Positions 31,601 through 41,104 of a DNA stretch of 64,000 bases are shown here, piece after piece. The position numbers and the translations under genes were made by a program. Origin of the DNA: a bacterium (GTDB lineage Bacteria; Hinthialibacterota; Hinthialibacteria; Hinthialibacterales; Hinthialibacteraceae); assembly GCA_963663405.2 (NCBI GenBank), contig CAXXSM010000118.1:1-64000 (forward strand), written 5' to 3'. The stretch's first letter is position 1. Each line of letters begins with the position of its first letter. The notes below the pieces were generated by a model. The model searched no databases, was not told the origin of the DNA, and saw only the letters and a list, made by a program, of their open reading frames with translations.

Positions 31601-32767
31601 ATGAATTGCACTTCATCGAACCTCGAACTCGGCGATGTGGTTCGCCGGTTTGGCCCGGCCTATATCCGGCAGCAAGGGAAGCGCCTTTTGCCCTCCCAGC
31701 GTAAAGCGCTGCACGATATCATGGCCTGTCATACGGCGGAACTGGGAGGGCATCGTTATCACTGTCAGGACTGCGGCGAAGACTTCTGGGTGTATCACGG
31801 GTGTGGCAATCGATCCTGTCCGTCCTGTCATTCCCAGGCGATGCGGCAATGGATCGAGAAGCGGGAAGACCAGATGCTTGGCTGCCGTTACTTTCATGTA
31901 ATCGTAACAGTTCCGCAGTCTATCCGGGCGGCTTTCTTGGCTCATCAAAAGATTCTCTATGGGTTGCTGATGACGACGGCTGCTTCCTGTATCATGGATC
32001 TGATGCGCAATCCCCAAGTCGTTGGCGGGACCCCGGCGATCCTGGCCGTGCTGCACACTTGGCGGGGAGATCTGGAATTGCATCCACATGTCCATCTGTT
32101 GGTCAGCGCCGGCGCCGTGAGTGAGGACGGCCACTCTTGGATGGAACTCCGCCACCCGAAATGGCTTCTCCATGTGGGAACGCTCAGCTTACTCGTTCGC
32201 CGGCGCTTTAAAGAACGGCTCGAAAAAGCGGCGCCGGAGATCTTCCAAGGCATCGAGACCAAGGTCTGGAATAGAGGCTGGAACTCGTTCTGCAAACCGT
32301 ATGGCAAAGGCGTGAAAGCCATCTTGAATTACCTGGGGCGCTATGTCTATCGCATCGCGATCTCCAACCACCGGCTTCTGGCAATGGACGCTACCCACGT
32401 GACGTTCCGCTACAAGACCTTCAAAGAGAAGCATTGGCGAACTCTCCGCTTGCCGGGCGAAGAATTTCTGCGGCGCTTCGTGATGCATGTGCTCCCCCGC
32501 GGCTTCCATAAAGTCCGCTACTATGGGCTGTGGCATCACTGTCATCGGGACACACGCAATCGAATCCGTTTGCTCCTCGCCCCCAAGGCGGAGAGCGTTT
32601 CTATTCCCGAATCGGTTGAGAATTCCATCGTTTCAAAAGAGACCAACGACAAAGCAGTATTCGATCGGACCGGCCAAGAATCGGCGCCGGAATGGCCTAA
32701 ATGTCCGCGTTGCAAAAGCTGTAACGTGATTGTCATTGAAACCCTCAATCGGAATCGAAGCCCCTGA
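31601..32767 (+). CDS. IS91-family Y2 transposase, copy 2
   Basis: Translation identical to that of 29173-30339. Confidence 0.93.
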   Translation: MNCTSSNLELGDVVRRFGPAYIRQQGKRLLPSQRKALHDIMACHTAELGGHRYHCQDCGEDFWVYHGCGNRSCPSCHSQAMRQWIEKREDQMLGCRYFHVIVTVPQSIRAAFLAHQKILYGLLMTTAASCIMDLMRNPQVVGGTPAILAVLHTWRGDLELHPHVHLLVSAGAVSEDGHSWMELRHPKWLLHVGTLSLLVRRRFKERLEKAAPEIFQGIETKVWNRGWNSFCKPYGKGVKAILNYLGRYVYRIAISNHRLLAMDATHVTFRYKTFKEKHWRTLRLPGEEFLRRFVMHVLPRGFHKVRYYGLWHHCHRDTRNRIRLLLAPKAESVSIPESVENSIVSKETNDKAVFDRTGQESAPEWPKCPRCKSCNVIVIETLNRNRSP

Positions 32768-33020
32768 TCGATTCCGATTGTAAGCATCGCGATGGTAATA
32801 TAAAGAAATTATAACTTTACGCGGGAAGATTTTTTACTTTTCTTGCCGTGAGGGGATTTCTATAGCTTCAAGAGGATTTTCTCTTTCTAAACTATCAACT
32901 TCTCTTCCTCAATTAAGCCGTTTCGCGAATAAATGGCGTGTTATTGGTTCTCACATTCCCCCCGCACTTCGTCCAATAGAGTTTGTATCTCGGCTTCGCT
33001 CGATAAAAACTCCTATCTAT

Positions 33021-33935
33021 TTACTCACAATTAATGACGGTTCCCAGGTTATAGGCTTTAAGAAAACGAACTTCGGATTCCATCCCGTATGAGGTAAAAA
33101 CTTCCCGCATCGCTTCGCCGATGCTTTCCCGATTCCGCTGTGTGACCGCCATCATCGTTGATCCGGAACCGCTCAAATACCCCCCAATGGCTCCGGCTTC
33201 TCTCGCGGCGTGGATCACGTCGAAGAGAGGTTTTAGCGCAGGGATCTTCGCTTGCCGATCGATTTGATGAAGCCGGTCCTCGAATAAATCCCCCATGCTT
33301 TCGTAATCCCCTTTTGCGAAAGCGAGCGCAAGAAGCGCAGCGTGATTGACGTTGAAGACCGCATCTTCTCGTGGGATTGTATCCGCGAACACGACACGGG
33401 CCTTATCGGTTTCAACCGCCTGCGAGGGCCAGACCGCGACGAAGTCGAGTGTGTTTGGAATTTCGCATTTATAGCAATAGAGTTTTCCGTTTACAATCCC
33501 CGATGCGGTCATTCCCCCATAAAATGAAGCGGCCGCGTTATCCGTGCAAGCCTCTAATTCCGAAACGATGGTAACAAGCTTCCGATCGGAAATCTCAGCC
33601 GCAAGCATCGCGTTCAATCCAGCCACCACAGCGATCCGGAACGTGGCGCTGCTGGCCAATCCACGCGCAATAGGCACATTGTTATCCACTTTCAGCGTAA
33701 AATGCGTCTCTGGAAGACCGGTCTTTTCGAAGAAATACCGCGCCGCATACTGGATCATCTTTTCGCATGGCTCATGCAACGCTGGATCAATCCCACAATT
33801 TTCATCTAACACAGTCTCTGAATCATTTTGTATTAACTCAAATGAATTCAGAAGATTAACAGCTATGCCCAGCGTATCAAATCCTGGGCCTAGATTAGCG
33901 GACGAAGCGGGCACATGGATTGTAACTGTTTTCAT
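33021..33935 (-). CDS. thrB: homoserine kinase
   Basis: VPASSANLGPGFDTLG, VPIARGLASSA GHMP motif, DNAAA, EDRLHQ, LSGSGST. Confidence 0.92.
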   Translation of the reverse strand: MKTVTIHVPASSANLGPGFDTLGIAVNLLNSFELIQNDSETVLDENCGIDPALHEPCEKMIQYAARYFFEKTGLPETHFTLKVDNNVPIARGLASSATFRIAVVAGLNAMLAAEISDRKLVTIVSELEACTDNAAASFYGGMTASGIVNGKLYCYKCEIPNTLDFVAVWPSQAVETDKARVVFADTIPREDAVFNVNHAALLALAFAKGDYESMGDLFEDRLHQIDRQAKIPALKPLFDVIHAAREAGAIGGYLSGSGSTMMAVTQRNRESIGEAMREVFTSYGMESEVRFLKAYNLGTVINCE

Positions 33936-34067
33936 TCAAGGTTGTTCCTAATTTTTACTAAAAGTGATAATCAATAATGAATTATTCCATCTCTAAATCA
34001 AACCGGGAATCCACAAAGACTGCTCTAACAAGATATTTCAAAACAAGCAGAAAATGTAGTTAATCAA

Positions 34068-34110
34068 AATCCTGAAAATCCTTTAATCCTGCCCATCCTG
34101 ATTCAGACAA
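34068..34110. repeat. short tandem (a/c)atcct repeats with ~9-bp period, ending in gattcagacaa
   Basis: aatcctgaa aatccttt aatcctgcc catcctgattcagacaa. Confidence 0.5.
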
Positions 34111-34134
34111 AAAAAAAACAATGTGTTAACGTTT

Positions 34135-34200
34135 CTATTCTTCCAAAAAATAATCAAAATCGATTTTCTTGATTTCGTAGGTGGATTCAACCAAAACGCT
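34135..34200 (-). repeat. diverged second copy of the last ~21 codons of mrr (direct repeat of 34898-34963)
   Basis: Encodes SVLVESTYEIKKIDFDYFLEE* versus GVSIESTYEIKKIDFDYFLEE* in mrr. Confidence 0.85.
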
Positions 34201-34227
34201 GCTCTCATATTCTATTCTTTTAACGTA

Positions 34228-34529
34228 TTTACCGATAAGACGTAAACTCGGTTTCCGGATCTTCTCGTCCCAAAATTCGAAGAATAATAATTTCATCAGG
34301 ATCAATCCGGTAATATATTGAATGGACTACGGTAAACACAACGCCGCAATCCGGCTCGAATATGGGAAACCGCTGGCCAACGCTGTGGATATTCGGTTAG
34401 ATCATCTAGTTGTTCGTACAATCCATCAACATACGTATCTGCTTGTTCCAGCCCAAATTTCTCAAATCCGAAAACGAATAAACGATCAATATCAGCATCA
34501 GCGGCGTTTGTTAGTCTATATCTCGCCAT
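34228..34529 (-). pseudogene. parE: ParE/RelE-family toxin, frameshifted near 34324
   Basis: YRLTNAADADIDRL..FGLEQADTY..P..HIRAGLRRCVY. Removing one C gives SHSIYYRIDPDEIIILRILGREDP. Confidence 0.8.
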
Positions 34530-34774
34530 CGGCTTTCAAACGTTTTTTTTGCCGCCTCTACAATCTGTTGTGGTGTCCGGTTACTCATTCCACTCTGTTC
34601 ACCTTCGATGATAGCGGCGCGGATCATTTCAATTTCTTCGATTCGAGTCTGTTTCTCACGGATTAAATCACGCAATAACTCACTCTCATTACCATATTTA
34701 CCGCTCTCAATTTGAGACTTAATCCAAGCGTCTTGTTGATCGGTTACCGTAATACTTTTTTTGACCATCCCCAT
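34511..34774 (-). CDS. parD: ParD-family (RHH) antitoxin; C-terminus probably shifted by an extra A
   Basis: KKSITVTDQQDAWIKSQIESGKYGNESELLRDLIR..IRAAIIEGEQSG; overlaps the parE start. Confidence 0.85.
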   Translation of the reverse strand: MGMVKKSITVTDQQDAWIKSQIESGKYGNESELLRDLIREKQTRIEEIEMIRAAIIEGEQSGMSNRTPQQIVEAAKKTFESRWRDID

Positions 34775-34897
34775 GATTCTGCCTCCAAGAAAACACACGA
34801 TAATATACTAATATATCCTATATTATCGTATCCTAAAAGCAAAAATCGACTTTTATTTCTCAAAAAGAAAGTATCATGAAACTTTGGATTTTCTTTC

Positions 34898-35819
34898 CTA
34901 TTCTTCCAAAAAATAATCGAAATCAATCTTCTTGATTTCGTAGGTGGATTCAATTGAAACGCCGATATTATAATCAATCATATACTGCGCGAGAGCCTCT
35001 CCATCAATCAGAATGATTTTTGAATCCATTTTTCCCACACATTCAGTCGCCTGACTTGTGAAATCAGAAGTCGTGATGAAAATTCCTTTTTTAGCATGAT
35101 GCATTTGTAAAGCGCCAGCAAATTTTTGGATTTCAGGACGAGAGACGCTCCCTTCCCAACGTTTGGCTTGAATATAGATCACATCCAATCCCAACCGGTC
35201 TTCCTTGATAATCCCATCAATCCCCCCATCACCGCTTTTCCCAACCGCCTGCCCGGCGTCTTTCAAAGTTCCCCCATACCCCATTTTCACAATCAACTCA
35301 ACAACGATTCGTTCAAAATAAGCGGGGGAAACTTTCTTCAATTGATCCAACAACTCAGACGCTAATTCATTTCTGATCTTTTGGTATCCATTTTCCAACG
35401 CCTCTAATGGTTGTAATCTGATCATCTTTTTGCTCAATCTCGTCAGTACTACTTTGATCTTTACTATCATTTAAGCGTCTTTCTTTAAATTCAATAAATT
35501 CAGGAAATTTCTTTAAATAGTCATTATCGATTTTAGCAGGATTCTGTTGAAGAACATCCAATCCTCTTTGTGTAATTTTCACAATTCCTCTTGATGGATT
35601 ATCAACAAGACCCGCTTTTTTTAAATATACTTTCGCCCAAGAAACCCTATTTTCAAATTTCGATTGTCGACCGCTTGGTACAAGTACTTTTAAGTCATCA
35701 TCTGAGAGATCCATTTCCTCAGCCATTCTGTCATAAACTTCACGTATCCGATGATCTTCTTGATCAGAGCAGAATTTCAAAATGGGTAACATGAATTGTT
35801 GATAATCTGGAACAGCCAT
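34898..35819 (-). pseudogene. mrr: Mrr type IV restriction endonuclease, frameshifted near 35411
   Basis: Mrr_N (VPDYQQFMLPIL..PSGRQSKFENRVSWAKVYLKKAG) and Mrr_cat (SPAYFERIV..SGDGGIDGII.EDRLGLD.IYIQAKRW) lie in different frames. Confidence 0.88.
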
Positions 35820-35847
35820 TTCATTACCCTTAATAATAAGATTCAAC

Positions 35848-37569
35848 TCACTTCTCAATAAACTGCTTCATTCGCTTCAATCCCTCGCGGATGTTCTCCA
35901 TCGATGTGGCGAAAGAGAGCCGGATATATTCCTGGTCTTCCCCCTCATTGCGGCGTCCGAAGCAGGTTCTGGGAAGGACAGCGACGCCCGCTTGTTCCAA
36001 TAGGGCTTTCTGCAATTCATTAGCGGTCCGCAGACCAAGGCGGCGGCAGGCTTCGGTTACGTTAGGGAAAACGTAAAACGCGCCCTGCGCGGGCAGGCAT
36101 CGGACACCATCAATACCATTTAGCAATTCCACAATAATACGGCTGCGCTGGCTGAACTGTTCAATCATATATTGAGATTCATGGTGCGGGCCTTCGAGCG
36201 CGCTGACGCAGGCGATTTGTGAGAACGAGCAAGTGCAGCTGTCGATGTTGGTTTCAATCTTGGCCACATGTTTCGCCAGTTCACGGTTCATGACGCCGTA
36301 TCCCATCCGCCAGCCGGTCATCGCGTACGTTTTTGAGAATCCATCCACGATAATCGTCCGCTCCTTCATCCCCGGAAATCCAACAACGGAATGAAACTCG
36401 GAATCAAAGATGATCTGCGAATAAACCTCATCAGAAATAATCCAAAGATTATTCTCAACCGCAAGTCGCGCGATCTCTCTCAATACCTCGATCCCTAGAA
36501 GCGTTCCTGTCGGATTCCCAGGCGTATTGAGAACGATTAACTTGGTTTTCGACGTAATCCGTGAAGCGAGATCGTCAACACTGAAGTTCCAATTCCGCTC
36601 TTCCAACATTGGAAGCGGGATCGATCTCGCCCCAACCCAATCGATCACAGATTCGTAAATCGGATAGCCGGGATTGGGGTAAAGCGCTTCATCTCCTGGA
36701 TTGAGAAGCGCCATCATCACATCAAAAACAATCGGCTTGGCCCCCGGCGTTACAACCACTTCATCCGGATCAACCGGAATGCGGCGGGTGCGTTGCATAT
36801 ACCGGGCGATGGATTCCCGCAGTTCAGGAATCCCCGCGCTGGGACAGTAGTGCGTCTGATTCTCATCCAACGCCCGTTTAGCCGACTCCTTAATATGCGA
36901 TGGAGTGTCAAAATCCGGCTCGCCCAGACCGAACGAGATAATATCCCGCCCTTCAGCGCGCAGTTGATTCACCTCGGCCAACACATCAAACGCCGTCTCG
37001 GTCCCAAGTTTTGACATCCGTTCGGCTAAGGAAGGAAGACTCGCGCTTGGTTGTATATCAAAGAGCCGCGATCCTGAAAGTGGAGCGGTAATCCATAACG
37101 GTTTATTCCCCCCAGCGCGATGAGCGGTGAAGATCGATTCGAGATCAATAAGTGACAAGTTTTCGCAAGTATGAATCGTCCAGCGCGGAGAATCGACCGG
37201 CTCGATTGGACAGATGACAATGACCTGATCCGATAATCCATCACGAATTCGCGAGATCGAAACCGTGTCACTTTGATCCACTAGGCAAAAGAGACGGCGG
37301 GGATACGGCATTGTGGCTAGACAGATATCAAGCGTATCAAAACCCGCCGCGGGAAGATCCTTCGGACCACAGCCCATTCTCAGAAACGCTTCCCGAACAA
37401 CTTCCGCATAAGCTTCCGAAAAGAGCAACCGGTCCCCTCCTTCCCACATGGGATTCCCTGGATCGATTCTCATCTCAGCAAATAGAATCCCTCCAACCGC
37501 ATTGACAAGGGCTTCCGGACGATTTCCTTTACGCAGTTTTTCTATTTTAGTAACAAGATCGGCGCGCAT
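35848..37569 (-). CDS. class I/II PLP-dependent (aspartate-like) aminotransferase with a ~180-aa N-terminal extension
   Basis: GLGEPDFDTP, VTPGAK, LNTPGNPTG, ISDEVY, DGFSKTYAMTGWRMGY, GAFYVFP, YIRLSFA. Confidence 0.88.
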   Translation of the reverse strand: MRADLVTKIEKLRKGNRPEALVNAVGGILFAEMRIDPGNPMWEGGDRLLFSEAYAEVVREAFLRMGCGPKDLPAAGFDTLDICLATMPYPRRLFCLVDQSDTVSISRIRDGLSDQVIVICPIEPVDSPRWTIHTCENLSLIDLESIFTAHRAGGNKPLWITAPLSGSRLFDIQPSASLPSLAERMSKLGTETAFDVLAEVNQLRAEGRDIISFGLGEPDFDTPSHIKESAKRALDENQTHYCPSAGIPELRESIARYMQRTRRIPVDPDEVVVTPGAKPIVFDVMMALLNPGDEALYPNPGYPIYESVIDWVGARSIPLPMLEERNWNFSVDDLASRITSKTKLIVLNTPGNPTGTLLGIEVLREIARLAVENNLWIISDEVYSQIIFDSEFHSVVGFPGMKERTIIVDGFSKTYAMTGWRMGYGVMNRELAKHVAKIETNIDSCTCSFSQIACVSALEGPHHESQYMIEQFSQRSRIIVELLNGIDGVRCLPAQGAFYVFPNVTEACRRLGLRTANELQKALLEQAGVAVLPRTCFGRRNEGEDQEYIRLSFATSMENIREGLKRMKQFIEK

Positions 37570-37701
37570 AATCGCTATTCCCCGATTTCTTTTTTTTGAA
37601 TCCTAATCGCCTGACGGATACCAAGGGCAAGGATTTTTCTGCCCATGCGTTTTACCAACATCGAAAGGCTTCATCATTGATTCCGGCTTAAAAATTCATT
37701 C

Positions 37702-37774
37702 ACGGGCGGGACGCCCGCGCTCCATTGAATATCCAATATTTCTTCTGACGGGTGGGTCGCCCGCGCTCCATTGA
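37702..37774. repeat. two direct copies of a 27-bp REP-like palindrome (acggg(c/t)ggg(a/t)cgcccgcgctccattga)
   Basis: Copies at 37702-37728 and 37748-37774; a degenerate third copy at 52014-52040. Confidence 0.75.
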
Positions 37775-39853
37775 TTATTCGATTGGGAGCATATCCATAT
37801 TTTGGCCGCGCAGTTTTGCGAGAGTTTTGACCGCGTCGTTGGCCGATACGTTTTTATGTACGAGTTCGCAGACGGATTCCGCAACGGCGGCTGGATCATC
37901 ATCACCTGGGAACAGGACATTTCTACCCACCATCGCGCCACGCACATTATTCCCTTCCCCCATCCCGCGTACGAACTGCTCAATCACGGAAATCGGATTC
38001 CCTAGCGATTCTCCACCAAGCATAAGAATCGGCCCGGAAAACGCCTGCGCGACTCGGTGATATTGATCCACATAAGGGATTTTCAGCCATAAATTCGCCG
38101 ACGAATGCGAAAGCCCCGACGCCACGCCGATGACGCGGATCAGATCGTCAGCCTGTAAAACGAGTTGGTATTTCCCATCAATCTGACGAACAGGAAGCGG
38201 TTCGATAAAGACCGGCAGGCCGATATCGTTACAGGCTTCCACACTGCGCGAGCATTCTTCCATCGTTTGGAGACAATAACGGTCATAAGGATCGGGCACG
38301 GCGAGACGCAGCAACAATTTCGCTCCATCCAGTTTGAGCGCTTGTATTTTTTTCGCGTCGCGGTACGCGGTCATCCGATCGAGCATTTCGTATTTGGCGC
38401 CCGCCAAACCACTGCGATTCATACAGGCGATCAATACTTTTTCATCCATAAAACTTTTGCCCGATTTCTCCTCATAAATGGAATCAATCAGAATAAGATC
38501 TTCAATCACGTCGGCGGTCGCCATCAATCCATCAACGGAAGACGCCATCATGACTCTGGCGCATCGCCCAAGATATTCAAAACGGTTCCCCATCGCGGTC
38601 TTATCGGATCCAACGCTTGTCACCATACGTGCGGGATGATCGGCGGCGAGGATAACCATTTTCCCATCCGGCGCCAGAATTTCCCTTTGTTTCCGTTTTT
38701 TCATTCTTTCCAGGATCAATCCCGGTTGTTTCACGCGGATATCGACCAATCGATCCCATAAATCATCACTAATAAATTTTCGAGTTTGGTATACGTAATT
38801 ATTGACTAGTGAATAGTTTACATCAATTCGATTCCGTGTGCGAAACAGGATAGATTTCGCTTCCACCGCCAAATCTTCGGGAATCTCACTTCCTATAGGG
38901 CTGATCTCAAACGCGATTGTCCCCTTATAATTGGACTCAGTGAGCGCTTGCAGGAATCCAGCCAACCGTGTTTCCGTCAATTCACCATCCACAGCGCTGA
39001 GGCCGGGATGAACGTCACCATACCGAATATCCCCTTCAGGAGTATTCCGATTCAAGACAACATTGGCGACATGAAAATGACCAATGTACGGACAGAGACG
39101 CTTCAAAACATCCGGCCCTTCACCCGAAATCAGCATGTGGCTTGAATCCACGAGAAGAACCAGTTCTCTATGCCCATAAATGTTGCGGATCGATTCGACA
39201 AACAGCTCCGCCCGGTCCGCCGGACCGAGCAACGCTTCCTTGAAAAAAGAGGCGCCTTCCGGATTTTTCCGGTAATCAAAGATCTCCAAGAGAGGGATCA
39301 AGGCGGTTTGATTTTTCTTCTCGGCGGCTTCTTGAATGTAGACACAGATCTCACGAACCGATCGGCGCAGTTGAGACAACGCTTCCGAGCGGATCGCTTC
39401 CGCCTGTTCCCCTTCCGCGTCCTGCATGACGGCCGGATCTTTTCCGCTGAAGAAAGCGAATTTATCACAGCCGTATTCATACGCTTCATCTATGAATTCT
39501 TTTAGCCGCCGAACCGCTTTTTCCCTCTCGTTTTCGTCCAATGAACAAATATCCGAAGGAAGAACGATGTTGTCTTCATTGATAAGTTGTATGGGCTGAG
39601 CGGAAAAGACGATTTCCCTCAATTGATTCTTTTCTTTGGCCACGCGCAGCAAATCAGCGGCCTTGCGGCGGATCGAAGGGGATTTAATCCGGGTGATTTC
39701 AACAGATCGAAAATCCGGATCCTTGATGATCCATCCTAATGTGTTAAGCAGATATTCTTCACGGCCTTCACCACGGAGCACGGAATTTGTGTTACCCGGT
39801 CCAGAGAATTGCGAGCAGTGGACAATGCCAAGGAGATTTTGTTCCAGGGCCAC
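37775..39853 (-). CDS. fusion of a xylose-isomerase-like TIM barrel (epimerase-like) and a class I aldolase-like domain (DeoC/LacD/Cgl0159-like)
   Basis: N-half: LEIFD, LLVDSSH, HFHVAN, GDVHP, IAFEI. C-half: ILAADHPAR, DGLMATADVIEDL, MNRSGLAG, DGAKLL, FIEPL, WLKIP, LMLGG, GAMVGRNVLFP. Confidence 0.7.
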   Translation of the reverse strand: MALEQNLLGIVHCSQFSGPGNTNSVLRGEGREEYLLNTLGWIIKDPDFRSVEITRIKSPSIRRKAADLLRVAKEKNQLREIVFSAQPIQLINEDNIVLPSDICSLDENEREKAVRRLKEFIDEAYEYGCDKFAFFSGKDPAVMQDAEGEQAEAIRSEALSQLRRSVREICVYIQEAAEKKNQTALIPLLEIFDYRKNPEGASFFKEALLGPADRAELFVESIRNIYGHRELVLLVDSSHMLISGEGPDVLKRLCPYIGHFHVANVVLNRNTPEGDIRYGDVHPGLSAVDGELTETRLAGFLQALTESNYKGTIAFEISPIGSEIPEDLAVEAKSILFRTRNRIDVNYSLVNNYVYQTRKFISDDLWDRLVDIRVKQPGLILERMKKRKQREILAPDGKMVILAADHPARMVTSVGSDKTAMGNRFEYLGRCARVMMASSVDGLMATADVIEDLILIDSIYEEKSGKSFMDEKVLIACMNRSGLAGAKYEMLDRMTAYRDAKKIQALKLDGAKLLLRLAVPDPYDRYCLQTMEECSRSVEACNDIGLPVFIEPLPVRQIDGKYQLVLQADDLIRVIGVASGLSHSSANLWLKIPYVDQYHRVAQAFSGPILMLGGESLGNPISVIEQFVRGMGEGNNVRGAMVGRNVLFPGDDDPAAVAESVCELVHKNVSANDAVKTLAKLRGQNMDMLPIE

Positions 39854-40246
39854 GATTGTTCTCTCCTGTCAATGAATATAAGAAACTGTTTGTGATCGAT
39901 GGACGCTGCGGCAAAATGATTATGCGAGACAAAATTCCATTCGAACTCGCTAAGTCATTCTCCTGTTTCCCTCGTTTTGGGAAATCGATTTTAACATCCG
40001 TTTTTCGCCGCTTTATCCTGTTCTAAACATTATAAGTATATGTTCAAGAAGAGATAGAGGAGCGGATGTATCGTGGGATGGTTTCTAAGATGAATCCGTT
40101 CAATAATCATAGTTCAAAGATGGATAGCGGGAAATTTTGGCGGGATGAAGTCATGTTTTCAAGAATTTTCCTATAGCTAACAAATCCATATTCATCAATC
40201 AAGATTTCTAATCTGATTCACTTTTTTTTTAAAATCATAAGCTAAG

Positions 40247-41104
40247 TCAGATGGGGGAGATACTATTTTTGTTGTACATACGATCGACGATATACGCAAG
40301 TGGATCCACCACGGCGTGTCGATAGATTGTTGAATAAACCTGCCTGAATTTACTAAAAGAGAAATTCGCGTTGGATTCCCTTAATTTCGCAACATCTGAA
40401 TCCAAATTTCCAACATAGTTTTTGACATAACCAGGAAATACTTTTTCTTTATAAAATTGATACAACTCGATATCTTTCGCATTGCATTCCCGAATACGGG
40501 AGAGGAGTTTCTCGTCTTCTAAAATCTCGTCTACGACATTGGTTTTATGAACGTTAACATTCATGCGTTGATAATTGATACATAGATCTTTTATTCCTAA
40601 AATCTGCTTCATTAATACGAGAGACCGGTCGTATTCTTCGCAAGATCCAACAAACGTGAAATGATTGAGCAACGCATCTTTCGCATATTCAACATCATTA
40701 TTTGGCGCCAATCGTTTCGTCATCACATTATAAACATTCTTTCTTTTTTCCAAAAACTCTTCTATTGTGTTCATTTTCTTTTTGAGATCTTTAACTTGCC
40801 GGAATTGAGAAATGAAACGAGCGACCGGATCGCGGAGTATTGTAATATATTGAATCGGTTTACGAGTCACGTCTTGATAGCCTAAATAATGCCGCAAGCT
40901 ATGACCGGCAAAGGCTTCTAAAAAAGGCATTACCGTAAACATCGCTCTCGCTTCTTCTTTCAAGAAAATGTCTTTAGATGTTTTATCCTGATCAAAATTC
41001 CCCGTTTTTTTTGTAGACAATAAGAGAATGTGGAGATAATTGTTTATTAATATCTGCTCAAGTGTGATCCCACCGGTCTTTGCGATATGAATAAAACATA
41101 TCAT
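40247..41104 (-). CDS. sulfotransferase family protein
   Basis: FIHIAKTGG PAPS-binding loop, YITILRDPVARFISQF, N..DIELY. Confidence 0.82.
   Translation of the reverse strand: MICFIHIAKTGGITLEQILINNYLHILLLSTKKTGNFDQDKTSKDIFLKEEARAMFTVMPFLEAFAGHSLRHYLGYQDVTRKPIQYITILRDPVARFISQFRQVKDLKKKMNTIEEFLEKRKNVYNVMTKRLAPNNDVEYAKDALLNHFTFVGSCEEYDRSLVLMKQILGIKDLCINYQRMNVNVHKTNVVDEILEDEKLLSRIRECNAKDIELYQFYKEKVFPGYVKNYVGNLDSDVAKLRESNANFSFSKFRQVYSTIYRHAVVDPLAYIVDRMYNKNSISPI

Larger units (their letters stand above)
30592..33018 (+). mobile_element. IS91-like element with tyrosine recombinase, copy 2 (2427 bp)
   Basis: Same ORF set shifted by 2428 bp; the only difference I found from copy 1 is T6 vs T7 in the 3' noncoding part; followed by ATT at 33019-33021. 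Confidence 0.92.

Noticed and set aside
28164-33021. Classical integron with cassette array, or prophage
   Set aside because: No attI or cassette series, no visible IntI-specific insertion and no phage genes; the recombinase lies inside the repeated unit
34135-34963. Diversity-generating retroelement TR/VR pair
   Set aside because: The differences are not adenine-specific, are mostly synonymous, and no reverse transcriptase is present
37702-37774. CRISPR array
   Set aside because: Only two repeats with a 19-bp gap and no cas genes; better explained as REP elements
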